The position numbers and the translations under genes were made by a program. The notes beneath the pieces are model-generated. The model was not told the origin of the DNA. It ran no database searches and was given only the letters and a program-made list of their open reading frames with translations. From Octopus vulgaris (taxonomy: Eukaryota), in the NCBI GenBank assembly GCA_951406725.2, contig OX597843.1, positions 18,724,001-18,788,000 of the forward strand: a stretch of 64,000 bases of DNA. Reading direction: 5' to 3'. Position 1 is the first letter of the stretch, and each line of letters opens with the position of its first letter. Below, piece after piece: positions 13,175 through 26,282 of this stretch.

Positions 13175-13262
13175 ATTGGCTGATGAATACTCAACATCTT
13201 TAATCTATTGTAATACTTACAACATTTAATAAAATGATGTAGTACGAAACGATCGTACCAAA
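13175..13262 (+). ncRNA. Type I hammerhead ribozyme motif (Penelope pLTR type)
   Basis: ttgg-CTGATGA-a-tact.caacatc...gatgt.agta-c-GAAAC-gatc-GTA-ccaa. Stem I ttgg/ccaa, stem II tact/agta plus acatc/gatgt, palindromic stem III acgatcgt, GUA cleavage triplet at 13255-13257. The first stem II pair is an A-C mismatch. Confidence 0.75.
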
Positions 13263-13689
13263 TTACCGGAGTCATTCTTGGTGCTTATTTTGAGTATATA
13301 TAATTATATATATTTTATAATTATATATATTTTTGCCTGAGTAATCGTTTTCCTCTCCTCCCTGTTTTCTTCTTTCTCTTCTACTACTTTCTTTTCCCTC
13401 TAAGCAGTTATGAAAGCGAAAGCTCATTAGGTCACTTTATCTAAAGAGGAACGCAAGAGTTCCACGTTCATATTTGAATCTTTTGCATGTCTGCAGTCTT
13501 ATTTGTATTTTATTCGTCCTCCAACTAGATGGCAATATAATAACATGCGAGATGACACTCAAAATCTTTACTGACACTCAACTTTATCGATGTGCCTGAT
13601 GGGATCCAGACTGATCGATGCAGCACAACACGTTGAACCGAGTCCCACACATAAAGGACAATAGCAAGACGGGTCTTGCTACATACATA

Positions 13690-15430
13690 CATATATATAT
13701 ATATAAGTTCAGCAAACAATTTAGATTCAAATGAATATGGTACTTAATTTAGATGCACCAGAATTTTTTATGGTATTACCCATAAAATTATGTGGGATGA
13801 TTATAATCAAAAATAATCAAAAAATAAGCAACAAGAATGGATCCGGTGATTTAGTACAATTGTTTCAGACTATAACATTTTATTAAATCTATAAATATTA
13901 CAGCAGATATAATATGTCAAGTAATCTTCAGCTAATTTCATATAGGCTTTCCAATAATATAAAATTCTCAAATCAATTAGTAACATCCTAGAGAATGTAA
14001 ATATACAGATAAATATGAAGAAATGAATTTCAGGAACATGAGATAATATTGTTAGGATGCCAAACAGACCAAAATTAAGTTCACAACTAACTGCTATAAG
14101 AAAAATGTCCTTAGTTATAAGAATGATTGTAAGGACAGGTTAAGGAATCAAGTTAGTTGAAGAAAAGAAGGGGAAAATTTAGGAGATGTAAAAGACAAAA
14201 CAGATTGACACTAGAATAAAGGGTCAAACTATTTATGTTGTGACAGAAGATTTAGGTCAGTGTGGAAGGAGCACGAAATTCCTAAGAGACTGTGAAGCTG
14301 ACCAGACCTTACTTTCAAATGAAAGCCATCAGAATTTTTCGTATGAATTTAGGGAAGGGAATATAAGAAAAGCTAAAAAAGGTTTAAGTTAGTAGCAGAG
14401 AAAAATACATTAAGGAAATCAAGGTTATCACAAGAATAGAAGGCTATTTATTTTTATTTTTATTTTTATATGGTGAGAAAAAATCTAGGTCAATATTCAG
14501 AGGTCAATAAAATTATTTAGCAAAGGGTAGGGGAACAGCACTTATTCTAATTTATTGTAGATATCGAAATTTATAACTTGGGGAATAGTATTAAATGTTA
14601 AAATTAGAATAGAATTGGGAAAATATGCAATTTCATGATTAAAGTAAGATTAATTTAGTTGACTATAAAAGTCAATTAGAGGTTGGTATAGTATATCTCA
14701 TATTATTATTATATTAAAAAGATACAGTTAGAAAAAGTAGGAAAACCTTAAAATTCCTATTTAAAATATTTGAAAGTTCTAATTGTTGAATGAATGCAGG
14801 ACCGACCTAACTCTAGACGATTATTTAGTAGATTTTTATTACTTCGATACTTTAAAATTTCGTAGGTTTCCATAGAACAGAGTTGGCAGCCTACTCTATT
14901 ATTTCTATAAGGTTTTGCCCTCCTAACTATTTCCCATTTTAGGCTGTGTTCTATGTTATTAGTTTTAAGTTTCCAAATTTTGCTAGATAGTGTAGTGCAA
15001 CCTGCCTTATGTAACAAACGGAAAGAGGAGAGATGATTTCTAATCCTCTATTTAAAATTAATGGAACAACCAATATAAAAGAAGTTACTGTTAGAAGTTA
15101 TTATAGAACATTTATAGATTACATTTTGGACCGAACAACGACCAGATGCCGGACAATTTCATCTAATCTTACAATTGAAACTGGGTGTATAATTTTCAGA
15201 TTTAGAATTATTTAAGGACGGTTCTCTCACATTAGTGTTATTTAAATTATTATAAGTATTATTTTCATTATTAGTGGTCATATGGTTATCAAAAGTGGGG
15301 TTACTATTTACTGATCCATTTACACTAACATTCACATCTAACATACCAATACCTTTATTACCTACATTATTGGTATTGCTATTATTATTATTAATACAAC
15401 CTCTTGTAATTGTAGAGTTAAAAATAACTC
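13690..15430 (-). mobile_element. Penelope-like retroelement 3' part (Neptune-type Zn-linker plus GIY-YIG endonuclease, then pLTR), pseudogenised
   Basis: Minus frame FNCKIR*NCPASGRCSVQNVIYKCSII..FFYIGCSINFK*RIRNHLSSF..TTLSSKIWKLK..KWEIVRRAKPY..CQLCSME..LLNNRLELGRSCIH. Paralog at 62228-64000. Confidence 0.88.
13849..13938 (-). ncRNA. Type I hammerhead ribozyme motif in Penelope pLTR
   Basis: Minus strand: ttag-CTGAAGA-ttacttgacat...atgttatagtct-GAAAC-aatt-GTA-ctaa, with palindromic acaattgt. Confidence 0.65.
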
Positions 15431-16491
15431 ATATCAATGAAGCAGCATCTCAAAAAAAGTGAGAATGAATATATTTCTATACGTTCGTTTCTTTTCTTGA
15501 AGTGTATATATATTTTTCAAACGAACTCTGCATAAATATGTATTTCATAATATACTCAGCTATAGACACGAATACAAACACATATTCTCATTCAATCGTA
15601 CACTCTTACACAAAATATTAGACATTTATGCAGACGCATACAGACACAAACAATTACAGAGACTTTCATACACACTCCAACACGAATATGGTAGCGGAAT
15701 ATACGTTAGAGATACACAGAGGAAAAGAAAGATGAGAACATACGAAATGCCTAGGAAAATTTCGTAAAAAAAATTTCAAAAAACTTAAGCAACTTACAAT
15801 CTCTTTAAACTTGGAAGATTTTGAAAGGATCCTTGTGGGATGGTTGTGATCTGATTAGACCAGAGTATTCTGAAACATAAAACACGGGTCAGAAGAAAAA
15901 GTATTAAAAACATTTCTGATAAAATATTAAATAATCTTGTATCTTTAGAATCATATTAAGAAAAAAAGGACGATAAAGGAGAAAATGGCCGCGATGATCC
16001 TGATAAGAGGAAGGAGGATTGCGAGGTTGACGGTAAATGTTGTAATAAGGACGGTGAGGAGGATTCGGGGGATAATGATGATGATTATTATCGAGAACGA
16101 CAAGAATGGCTTCGATGAATTCGTGATGACGACGTTGATTATTGCGATGTTCATAACGAAGGTGATGACGATCTTATAATAATTCTGCTTGTCATTATGT
16201 TAATTAGTCCGTCGGTAACGCTTTCTCGTGATTAGAGAAAAAGAGGGAAAGTGAAGTGTCCATGATATGAGGTTGAAGGAACGTAACTGTAACGCTTTCA
16301 CGTGATAGGTGAATGCAAAGAGAGACCAAGAGAAAGAAAAAGGAGAGAGAAAAAGAGGAAAAGGGCATGTGGTAGGGAGAACGTAATATTTATTACACGA
16401 TAAAAAACTTAGTTGAATGTAGTGATATTGAGGAGGGCTAGGAATATAATTTAGGTAGAGGGGTGACGTTCTGATGGTGAGATTAAAGAAA

Positions 16492-16576
<85 letters not shown>

Positions 16577-16744
16577 CAGTAGAAAAAAGGGGAGGCTAAG
16601 AGAGATGTTGGGTGTGGTGGTAGTAAGTATTTTATATCCCCTATCACCTGACGCATGATCAGAAATGCAATTCCATGAAATATTCACACTTATATACAGT
16701 GTCATATGTACGACGTATATATATATTACAATTAAATATATATT

Positions 16745-19700
16745 ATAATGAAAGGACCAGGATTGTAAATGTACAATTGCGAAAGAGTGAACTACACTTC
16801 AGAAGAAGGGATTATATAAGGCGTTACAATTTTTCCACAAGCAATGAAAAAGCTGCACCGCGAAAACAGAGACATTCTTCTCTATCCATGGAATACACCT
16901 GCGGAGTGAATCGTGTAGACATTGTGCCATCTAGTCCCAATGAGTTATCCACTTCTAATCCCTCATGGAAAGTCCGGATGGCACTGTGAGATTCTACACG
17001 TGGCTAAACGCAGAACATCCGCTCGCAGACTACTCACGATGTAATTTAGGGTTGTGATTGCAGTACCTTGGGGACCATCAGGCCCAGTTGCTCGTAGAGC
17101 AGTACAGTGGACTTATGGACTACCTGCAGAGAGGAGTTGATGAGAATGTTGAGCCAAGAGCTGTCCTCGGAGTATGCATTAATATAATTAGGATGCAATG
17201 CCGATTGCATCAGAGTATGGTAAACAAGACTTAATTGTCACATATACATCCAACCCTAAGTGCCATGAAATAGAAAATAATATGCAGCGAAATGGGACAC
17301 CAGGAAACCGACCTGATTTGGTTGCAAGAGTGTACAAGTTGTATCTCACTGAACGTCTGAAGGATATAAAGGACAGACACGTATTAGATGTATCAATAGC
17401 TCATGCCCATGTCACCGAGTTTCAAAAGAGAAGGCTTCCACACTGCCATATGCTGGTAGACAAAGTGAATATCAGAGATGATTTAGTTAAGAAATTCATG
17501 ATACATGGCCTTTGTATGTAGAATGGGTATGGCCCCAAAATGTTTCCCAAGAACTACAGAAATGAGATACTACTAAATAATAATGGATATCCATAGAACA
17601 GGAGGCGCAATAATGGGATCGCAGCACAAGTTGAACTCCACTCTGTTGAAAACAGGTATGTCGTACCATACAATGCTTACCTATTAAAGCAATTCCGATC
17701 TCATATTAATAGAGAAGTTAGCTCCTCTGTAAAAATTGTCAAGTACATCTACAAATAAATCTACAAAGATCATAATAGCGATTCAATTGAAGTAAGGAAT
17801 GATACAATGGCAGAAAGCAAACAAATTCAGCAAAACCATGGCGAAATCAGAAGTTATTTTGCATGTCGATACGTTTCACCTCCTGAAGCCATGTGGAGAA
17901 TATCTCAGTACAAGCTGCATGACTCCTCTCACACTGTTTACAGACTACTAGTTCCATTTGAAGACCGGGAGAGACTGTGCTTTCACAGAGGTAACACTCA
18001 GTAACCTACTCAAGAACAGAGATCGATCGTGACAATACATTCAAACTGAATGAGCACGATGAAAATTAACGGAAATACTTGTGCCCTGACATTCCTTTAC
18101 GTTATGTATTTGATGTACGTACAAAATCATGAACACTCAGGAGAAGAAACAATAACATCGGCAGCAGATTGAACACAGTGAGTCCTAAGGACGTAGAAAC
18201 GTTTCATTTACGATTGCTATTTTGTATGTTCCAGGTACTAAGCGCTTTGAAGAAGTGAACACTGTAGGAGGTGAAATCTAAGCAAGATTTAAAGATGCGT
18301 ACATATGACTTGGTCTTCTCCAAAATTATGTGATGTTGGAGCATGCCATACTTAAAGGTGCTGCATACCGGATGGCATTTCAGCCGCGTATCACGTTCGT
18401 TGTCCTTTGCACCTATTCAAATCCTTCAAATGTCCTTCGACTGAGGAACACTCACAAGAATACCATAATAGGAGATTATGCTCAGCGAAGTTTGAATGCA
18501 TACTCTACACTCTGTAAATTCTATGCAAATTGAAAATGGCATTAGCTGCCTTAATATTGGCTTGTCTGAACCAGTTCGAGTGTAACGGGTAGGGCATAAA
18601 CATGACATGAACCACCCCGGCATTGCAACCGTTACCGATGAACAGAGAGTGATCGCTGATGCAGTCATTGAAGACAGTTGATAAGAAAAGGTGAGGTGAG
18701 GTACTGGAATGTTCCTTTTTCTATGCAGATGTTCCTGGAGGTTGGGACAAGGCTTATATATTTAATACACTGATCTCACATCTACGAAGGAGAAACTATC
18801 AAGTGGTGCGTGCAGAGGCATAGCTTCAACATTGATGTCTGGTGGAAGGACGGTGCACAGTTTGCTCAAATTGCCCGTTCCTCTGTTGGAAACTAGCTTT
18901 TGCAGTGTACCACCCATCTCTGACCAGAAATTATTTGAGAAATTTGTATTTGATCATTATAGATGAGGCTTCCATGATCCCTCGTTATGCTTTTCATGCT
19001 AATGACAAAGCTCTGAAAGATATCACTGGGAACAATGAAAGTTTCGGTTGAAAAGTTGTGCTTACTGGTAGAGACTTCAGGCAAGTTCTGCCAATATTGC
19101 CAAGAAGACCTCGTGACGCAGTAATTCAGATCTCCATTAAGAACTCTCCTCTCTGGTTACACTTCAGACAATATAGGTTGAGCCAAAATAGATCAACGAC
19201 AGATCGAAGAGAATTTGCAACATGGCCACTACACTTTGACAATGGCACGACAGCTCTTCTGCAAGATCCAAATGAGACAGTTGATGATGTAGAAGTGCTA
19301 CATGATTCATGCTTTAATGGGTCCCTGATAAATGAGGCTTTTTGGCAATGCCCCTCAAGAACAAAGAACATGTAGAGTGATCCTCTCACCAAAATTTCAG
19401 ACTGCTTAAAGATAAACGAAGGGGTTATGGATAAACTCCCAGGTGACCAGTGCTTTTATTACAGCATGGATAAGGTCTTCACAGATGACCTGCTGAAGCT
19501 GAGCGATATCCACTGGAATTTCTGATTTCAGGGACACCATCTGGAATGCCACCTCCTAGATTGCATTTGAAACCTGACACCATAATCATGCTCCTGAGGA
19601 ATATTTCAATTCAAAATAGTCTCTATAACGGAACAAGACTGGAAGTGGAGGCCCTCCATCAAATCTCGATTGAAGCCTCAATAATAAGTGGCACATTGAT

Positions 19701-19984
19701 CGGAAGACGTATTCTCATTCACAGGATACGGCTGGCACTGAGACACCTATTCCCGTTCGCTTGACAATTGCAATGACTATCAGTAAATCACGTGGGCAGA
19801 CATTTGATAAACTGGAGCTATTCTTGCCTGAAACTGCGTATTAATGGTCAGCTATATGTTGTTTCCCAAGATCTCACAAACATTATCTGATATTAAAGTT
19901 AAAGTTATCAACACTGACAAACAAGGGAAAAGAAGAGGGAGAAGTTACGCGAACAACACAATCTGTAACGAAGTATTGGATTGA
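16745..19984 (+). pseudogene. Helitron B RepHel pseudogene (Rep plus Pif1-like helicase)
   Basis: DAMPIASEYGKQDLIVTYTSNPKCHEI, RPDLVARVY, EFQKRRLPHCHML, CRYVSPPEAMWRI, LIIIDEASM, GRDFRQVLP, MPPPRLHLKPDTIIMLLRN..NGTRL. Frameshifted throughout. Confidence 0.92.
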
Positions 19985-20759
19985 AAGGTGTACGCAAATT
20001 GAAATATATATAATCTCTGATGCATCGCCTTTCTTATGAACTACCAACGATGTGGCTTTCAGACGATGCCATGTTGCATTACATTTTCAACCCTATATTT
20101 TGCCTATAAAATCATTTTTAACTATACTATTTTTGTTTTCATGATATGAATTTGTGACCATGTAAATTTTAAAATGTAATTTTTTTCTCTCTATGGGGTA
20201 TATAGAAAAAATATTAAATATTTATTTTATGATTGCTTTGTATTAAGTCTATAAAATCGTACGTGAAGTATATAAAGTACATATATAAAGTGCATTAAGT
20301 AATCATCGTATTTCAGTTTCCTTCAATTTTCATTGGATAACAGATGAGAAACATTCTTTTCATACACACACAACACAGTCTACGCTTTCAGATATTTTGG
20401 ATAAATTTTTCAGGAGTCACCGAAAAGTTTTATAATTAATTCCGTGGAATATTCATAGATCCTGCTACTGAAGTAATAAATGTTGAGTATTAAGAATCAG
20501 ATGAAGTGAGAAAAGAGGACTATGAGAGAGAAGGGTGAGACGATGATGACAATCAATATTATGATCGTGATGATGATGATGATGATGACAGCGTTAATGT
20601 CCATCATAAATACGATGTTGAAGGCTGTTATGATGATGAGGATGGATATGACGAGAAAGCGGATGAGAATGTTGATATTGATATTATCACTGAATATTCT
20701 AACAATTCAGATGAAAAAAAGAAGAGGTGGAGAACGATTTGCGGAGGATGAAAAGAAGA

Positions 20760-21293
20760 GAATTCCTGCAGATTACTCAATAGTTCAACGAAGGTATTTT
20801 CTCTTTCGTTGATCTTTAGCTTCATGTTAACATCCACTGCGCAGCTGATTTCCACAAGTGTACACAGTTTCTCTCCTCAATCCCAAATCACCATGTCAGG
20901 TCTATTGTGTTTACATTTCATTGAGATTTCCACTGGGACATTCCGGCAACACTCCATTTTATTGGTAGTGGATTTAGCTTGTACCATATTGTGGTATTTT
21001 ATTTCTTTATCTTTGGAATTAATCTTCCGACGGATTTCATTATACAGTGTCCTAGCTACATCATGTCACATCGTTAGATAAAATCATGATGACATTTTCG
21101 GACAACTGCTTTTAATATGGGTGATATCTTCGGTTTTACCGCCACGTAATCTGCATCGGCTGTCACGCTTTACTGTTTTGCCAGCATCTTTGTCCCTTTT
21201 GTGCATCAGGTATTTGGTTGATATTTCCTGTACCTGGATTGCAAACGGATACCCTTCAAAGTAGGAGATAGTAATCCGGTTGTTGGACCATGT
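20760..21293 (-). mobile_element. R4/Dong-like non-LTR retrotransposon fragment (CCHC knuckle plus restriction-like endonuclease)
   Basis: Minus frame FEGYPFAIQVQEISTKYL..SRCRLRGGKTEDITHIKSSCPKMSS*FYLTM*HDVARTLY..KHNRPDMVIWD..LCTLVEISCAVDVNMKLKINERE. Confidence 0.8.
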
Positions 21294-21529
21294 ATTTATG
21301 TATGTACGTATGAACCTAACATTTATCTCTTCCCTGTCCTAGCCAGTAGACGCGTCCATACTGGAGTATCACATTAAAGAGTATTACTCGAACAAATCGA
21401 ACTCATTACTTATTTTTATAATGTTTGCTACTTATTCTATCAGTCCCTTTTGCTGATGCGTTAATTTATAGTGACGCAAACAGATCACCACCTTTGAGCT
21501 TGTGTTTGTCCCCTACCATCCGTTGACAA

Positions 21530-22815
21530 TATATATGTATATATATCTAAAACATCAAATCCGTTCTGTCTGTCTGTTTGTGCGCTTATAACTCGAGTAT
21601 CTTTCATCCGATCGCACTGTAATTTTAAACTTGAAAACTCAACCTTTGCTGGGCATTATTAGCAGTGAAGATCTTTCTTGGCGCAAGTAGATCCTTTGCA
21701 TAGCTAGTACGGTATCTTAAAGTCCAGTCATTATCTTTGCAGCCAAAACTTCAGACCATTTACAATGCTAAAGTGAAGCACACAATGAAGAAATCTTTCT
21801 ACATCTGGAACGGTGATACACATCCGGGATTGCATCGAAAGAAGGGTGACGTGGCTAAATTTTACTCTATCCCTAATAGACATACTCTAACAGCTATCTC
21901 GCAGACAGGATATCTCTTCTCTTTGTTTTGCCACTGTCACTGTCATGCTACAGATTCTTGTAGGAGTTGGCTGAGCTCTTGACCCCACCAAGCAGGTACT
22001 ACCGACTCACTCGTCTATTCCTTTGCTCCTCGATCTTAAACCTCAGTTCGTTTTCAGTACTAACCTCTGTGCTAAACACTTCAACCCCTTCATCATTCCT
22101 GTAAATGTTGGCCTGTAGCACCTTAAATGGAACGTCCATGGTATCTATCTCAGATTTCATTCAATTCGCGCTTAAATTATGAAAGATGAAAATATCTAAC
22201 TTATTAAACGGAACATTGACTCTGCTATTCCACATCTTCAGATTTACGAGGTTTAAAGAATAACATTAACAAAACTTTGTTTTTCACTTTACATTAGGAT
22301 TTCTCAAATGGTCAAAACGTTCCAAATTTGTTGACAAATGGGACTGATCGAATGAATCGATCCACTTTAGTATTTGAATATTTGAAGTGATTAATGCTGT
22401 GATGCAAGCCATTTAATTGGAAATAATCGCCTAGAACATAAATTAGTTCTTATGATTTTCATGAGCATCTAATAATAATTCTGCTTATTCCTCCGTCAGT
22501 AGGAATAAGCAGAATTCTTATTAGATAATAATAGCGCATCTGTAACACTTTTACAAGATGAATTGAAGGGAAATGCGAAGAGCGAGAGAAAAGATGGAGT
22601 AGAGGGAAAAAGCGGGTAAGGTGAAGAGCGAGAGAAAATCAGGCAGAGAGAAAAGGAGGGAGAGAAAAATAGGGTAAGAGAAGCGTCTATGACGTGTGGT
22701 AGGGGGAACGTAATAGTTATTACGTGGTTAAAAAAAGTGATATAGAGGAGAGTGAGAAACAGAATTGTAGCAGAGGATCGATGCTCTGATGGTGAGATTA
22801 AAGAAAGGCAGCGAA

Positions 22816-22846
<31 letters not shown>

Positions 22847-23260
22847 GATGATGCTGAATGTGTTGGTGGTGTTAGTGGTGGTGGTGGTGGTGGTGGTGGA
22901 GGTTGCGTTGGTGAGTGTATGTGAAGAGTATAATGTTTTTAATTGATATATTTTTTTAATACCACCTATTACTTAAAGCATGCGCATAAGTGCAATCGTC
23001 TGCTCGCTTGAAAAATGTTATTTGTTTATAAAACATAGATGAGAGATGATGTAATCGAACAACAGAAAGAATGAAACCAAATGGGCAATGGCACCAAGAG
23101 AAACAGAGGGTCTTATTCAGAAGGACTGAAAGTGTTTTAAAACGACAATTATGTAGAATATACAATTTATAAAGGAGCGCTAATTTTTATGTCTCCACAT
23201 AAACTTACAACCATCTAAAAACTTTCGCATTTGCCGCGGAATTTCTACGGGTGCTGCTAG
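21530..23260 (+). mobile_element. Non-autonomous Helitron carrying captured TE fragments
   Basis: The 5' end resembles Helitron starts (tatatatctaaaacatcaaatccgttctgtctgtctg). 3' hairpin ccgcgga-att-tctacgg, then gtgctgCTAG|T ending at 23260. Confidence 0.65.
21645..22150 (+). mobile_element. Degenerate LINE (CR1/Jockey/I-like) ORF2 3' fragment; paralog at 45365-45850
   Basis: LQTIYNAKVKHTMKKSFYIWNG resembles the post-RT LLTIYKAxVRPxMEYxSxIWxG region. Collinear with 45365-45850. Confidence 0.6.
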
Positions 23261-23597
23261 TGTATTAAAGAATTACTCTGTTTATGCTGCTCCATCTCTC
23301 CAGACGTGAAATCTTTTAAAAACATTTAAAAATTACATAAGTTTTCAGGTGAATCGAGACATATTCATCAGCAGAAACTTCACCTGAACTTGCATAATTC
23401 TTCAGGACTAATAATTGATATGTGTTTACTGTTTGTCATAGCGTAAATTTCACTTATGACATTCTATTACAAATAAAAGTTTCATAAGTTTCGCATTCTT
23501 CATTTACGTATTTTAAGAATTCGACAGTTTGAGCGCATCTCTTTATTATCTGCACTTTAAACCGTTTGTATAACTTTTAATTGCATAAATAATTATT

Positions 23598-23657
<60 letters not shown>

Positions 23658-23671
23658 ATATATATATTTAT

Positions 23672-24072
23672 AGGCGTAGGAATGGCTGTGTGGTAAGTAG
23701 CTTGCTACGAACCACATGGTTCCAGGTTCAGTCCCACTGTGTGGCATCATAGGCAAGTGTCTTCTGCTATAGCCTCTGGCCGACCAAAGACTTGTGAGTA
23801 GATTTGGTAGACGGAAACTGAAAGAAGCCCGTCGTATATAAGTATATATATATATATATATATATTTGTATGTATGTATGTATGTATGTATGTATGTATG
23901 TATGTATGTATGTGTGTGTATATGTTTGTGTGCCTGTGTTTGTCTCCCCAACATCGCTTGACAACCGATACTGGTGTCTGTACGTCCACGTAACTTGGCG
24001 GTTCGGCAAAAGAAACCGATAGAATAAGTACTAGGCTTACAAAGAGTAAGTCCTGGGGTCGATGTGCTCGAT
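23672..24072 (+). mobile_element. tRNA-derived SINE with internal microsatellite (octopus OR/OK-like)
   Basis: A-box tggctgtgtggt, B-box ggttcagtccc, core gatttggtagacggaaactgaaagaagcccgtcg, internal (TA)n/(TATG)n, tail gatagaataagtactagg...ggggtcgat. Confidence 0.85.
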
Positions 24073-24369
24073 GTTTCTTTATTTCTCTCCTCTTAATGTC
24101 ACCCTCTTTATAAAGTCGATCAGCAAAATCTGAAGAAAAGTGTTAAGGTTATATCATAAAACAGAATCCATGTGACCATTTACATGAAAATATTCCATTG
24201 ACACTTAAATCTCAGTACATTATATGAATAACAGATGTTTCATACGTCGAAGTGCTTAATTTTGCTCACGGTTAAAATTTTCTTCAAAATCAGTTCTTTA
24301 TTTTATTGTGAATGATTTGAGGATTTTTGCCTCGCACTAGTTTAATTTTAATTCTTCTACATGTCTCCG

Positions 24370-24960
24370 ATATTAAACTTTACCTAAAAGTCAAAGTTCA
24401 TGAAAATCGGATGAATTCTGTGAAAGTTACTGTATAAAATATTAATCCTATGGGTGATTGCATGCAAAAAGCCTATTGATTTCTTAAAATCCCCGCTCAC
24501 GCGCACATATCGATTTTTCATGTCAACTCTTCATGCTGGCATCAACTGATACACATGAACTATAATCACGTATTAAATTTCTACAAAATCGATAAGAATA
24601 TGTCTAAGAAAATGCTTATTTGCATTTATGTCTATTTCAAGCCATTTTGAATTAAATAGATACCTTTACCGTCTCCCCCACCAAACATTTACCTATATCT
24701 CAAATTTCATTAAAATCGGATAAAAAATATGAAATTTACGGCCAAAAATAAAGCCCCTACGGTATTTGCACGCTAAACACCTATTGATTTTAGAAAACCC
24801 CTGCTCTGGGGCTATTAGGGATTTTTTTCAACGTCATATACTGAGATCAACTTACTGCCGTCAGCCTCGCTCACTCATCGATTTTCATCAAAATCGGACA
24901 AAAAATGCAAAAGCTGCAGAAAAATAACTTCGATATAGGAAAATGCGAGGATACTGAACA
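24370..24960. repeat. Two diverged ~310-bp units with a recurring ttcat.aaaatcgga motif (probable non-autonomous DNA transposon interior)
   Basis: aaaatcgg/aaaatcga at ~24403, 24585, 24712 and 24890. cctattgattt at 24472 and 24780. Confidence 0.55.
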
Positions 24961-25326
24961 AACTATTTAAAATGTCGCCATTGTTCTTAAATTACGTTTC
25001 ACTTTTCGTTTGAAAAGAAATAAATAGTGGATTATAATGGTGGTCGCTGAATTCCCAAATTTTTCATTTAAAACTTTTTTAAATGCGTCGTTCAAAAGCA
25101 TTGGCCAAAATCGGTACCGATCGGGATTGGGGATGTGAAAAAAAGATCAACACACATTAAAACAATTTTTAAAGAGCTTCCTGTCATCATCTGCAACGTT
25201 GAGGTGAAAAAAAATGGAAAATCCTCTCCATAACGTAGAAAAGGTAACTTATGTGGGAATGCTGTACCAAAAGTCTACCAAAATATTCTGTTGTGGGATT
25301 CGCTCGGAAACGAATATTCATCTAGA

Positions 25327-25370
<44 letters not shown>

Positions 25371-26282
25371 GCGCGCGCGCACATGTGTTTGTGTGTGTTC
25401 GATAAGTAGGAAATGGCGTAGATACAATCCAGGCTACATAAGCCTCATAGCTAAGAGAACCACAAAAGTAGCATATTATCCTAACATGGGGTATACAACA
25501 AGCTACTCTTCAGTCAAAGGATATCTTGATTATGTGAAGTTTACATTCTCGTTAGAATCTCCGTGTAAACTCGTTGGGAATTTGATCAAAATGCTAAGAA
25601 AGGACAGTTCGGGAGGAAAACAGTTGAGCAGAAGGAAAATGCAAATAAAATACAAGAAATCCTATGTATAAGAATGAGAACGTTTGTTACTGATTAAGGA
25701 GTGTACGAAGACAAGGATTTGATATGGAAATTGGCTGGCGAGATGCTTTATGCAGGTATTCCGGGGTCATTCACGGGTCTGTTGTAGGATAGATAAGTAA
25801 ACATATTGTAGCATTATATATAGCCATTTAAAACAGAATTATAGGATGAAGATATAGGTGTAGTATTTGAAATGGATAGAGTGGTGTTTGAAGGAGAGGA
25901 AGGCGGAAGATAGTGTATTTACGTTGCAAAATAGTAGACCACGGTTTGCTCGTCGAGTTGGTAGAACTAATTTTGCTTTAAAATCTAAGGACAGCGAGTG
26001 AAGTGGGAGATAGTAGTAGTAGTAGCTTTCATCTGAGATTATTATGTGAGTGCGTATTAGTGCGCTAGCGCATATATGGTGTGCGTCTGTAGAATCTAGT
26101 AGCTGTGTACGCGTGCTTGGGTCCTTGTATATTATCATATACTGAGGGATGTGTGTAGAGAGAGAATAGTTAAGAAAATGTATGACGTATAAACGATAAG
26201 GAAAACAGGTTAGGAATTAAAAAATAAAACAAGAAAATGTTTAGGAAATGTAAAAGTAGATAAAAAGTTGTTTACTGCATAG

